Below are positions 62,998-64,000 of a stretch of DNA of 64,000 nucleotides, one piece after another. The stretch covers positions 1-64,000 of the forward strand of contig JBPGPT010000038.1 in assembly GCA_051047955.1 (NCBI GenBank), read 5' to 3'. The DNA is from Cystobasidiomycetes sp. EMM_F5. Its lineage: Eukaryota. Below the pieces are notes generated by a model. It was not told the origin of the DNA and searched no databases. It saw only the letters and a list, made by a program, of their open reading frames with translations. Made by a program: the position numbers and the translations under genes. Position 1 is the stretch's first letter, and every line of letters starts with the position of its first letter.

Positions 62998-63715
62998 AAT
63001 ATGAAGCATATAAAATGACGATAATCTGTCTTCAATGACAGCATTCATACCCACATGGGTGGCAGCGTGAAGTACGCTGACTTTATCATGCGGAACTCAT
63101 CTAACGTGTGTGTTGGGGAGCTATAGCAGTGAGATAATACACGCATGCTTACGGCCTGCTACATGAGCAGTTCTCACCACGTCAGCTCTATTCTATAGTG
63201 TCGGCTCAGGTCCGCGGCTGATGAGAAATGGCCAGCTGGTCCAGCACATCGACAGTAGTCTCCGATAGAGGTTGCAGAGTCTGCTAATATCGTGCAGTTC
63301 GGATCGCGTATTGCTGACGTTCCCTCGATCCCGTTGCTGATCTAACAACGTGTTGCACTCGATCACTGCCGATATCTCTTCCTTTGAAGACGTGGCACTG
63401 CCCGCTACAGTAACGTTGATTTCTTCCTGAGTCAACCTTTGGCCTGTCTCCGCTTTGAAGTTGAAGCTCGCCTAAACTCAAGTGTGCAAGATGCCGGAAC
63501 CGCCCATTATGACTGAGACAAGTGCAGGTAAGTTGACACGCTTTGGACATGCTGGCCGGCGGTCTGACTGTTGAGTTTAATCGCTCCTTGTTATGCTGAC
63601 GGTGTACACGATCTGTATCATGGACGCAGTGATGCAGTATCGTCTGCATCAGTCCGCTGCACCCGCTGGCGGGGAAGAGCTGTACGACATCGAACACGTT
63701 GATCCTTTTGGCATT

Positions 63716-64000
63716 TTAGGCTTGCGTGCGTCGCCAGTCCTCAACCCTAGAAGTCTACAGCGGCCGACGCTTCAAGCGCAATCCATCTCGGACCCATGCA
63801 TACGGTCTGCCACGCCACGCGTTCTGTCACATATCCGGACCACCTCTCTCGATCGGCATCATTTCGCCAGCTACGTTGCATCACCGCCTCCTTCGACACC
63901 GCTGCCACCGCTGCCAGAAGATGAAGACGGGTTGTCCACGCGCTTGAGGCAAATTGCGGGCCTGCAGCAGGTGCCGCTTATCAGAACATCAACGAACGCA
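63716..64000 (-). CDS. 3' end of an unidentified gene running off the window
   Basis: Open frame ..SWRNDADRERWSGYVTERVAWQT, a GTATGC..TAG intron, then TSRVEDWRRTQA*. Confidence 0.35.

Noticed and set aside
63193..63650. Small minus-strand ORFs after MIC19
   Set aside because: No family motif and ambiguous splicing; cannot be supported.
1..64000. The many short antisense and overlapping ORFs in the six-frame track; CRISPR, tRNA or rRNA
   Set aside because: The ORFs are shadows of spliced genes at ~50% GC. No repeat-spacer array or structural RNA signature was seen.

Overview
Gene-dense, intron-rich eukaryotic DNA. Introns are mostly ~50-120 nt GT-AG with CTRAC/CTGAY branch sites. Gene content and style point to a basidiomycete yeast (inference; no phylogeny run). 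About 28 spliced genes can be reconstructed by eye, and exon boundaries are manual estimates. Housekeeping genes include Hsp110/SSE1, eIF2B-delta, AIM25, CDS1, MRP7, AMP deaminase, CUZ1-like, a KH-domain protein, ATP23 and MIC19. Two accessory metabolic clusters stand out. Cluster 1 (4.8-16.8 kb) holds a Dal5-type MFS, a CadA/PrpD-family enzyme, a Zn2Cys6 regulator, a 2,3-dimethylmalate-lyase-like C-C lyase and a second Dal5-type MFS; three of its promoters share a palindromic CGGA-N2-TCCG site. It is a candidate undescribed organic-acid catabolic regulon. Cluster 2 (20.1-30.3 kb) holds a ThuA-like protein, a Zn2Cys6 regulator, a sugar porter, an alpha/beta hydrolase and a KduD-like SDR. It sits between the intact eIF2B-delta 3' end and a decayed direct-repeat copy of it, like an island integrated at a gene's 3' end. 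No rRNA, tRNA, CRISPR array or recognisable transposon was seen.
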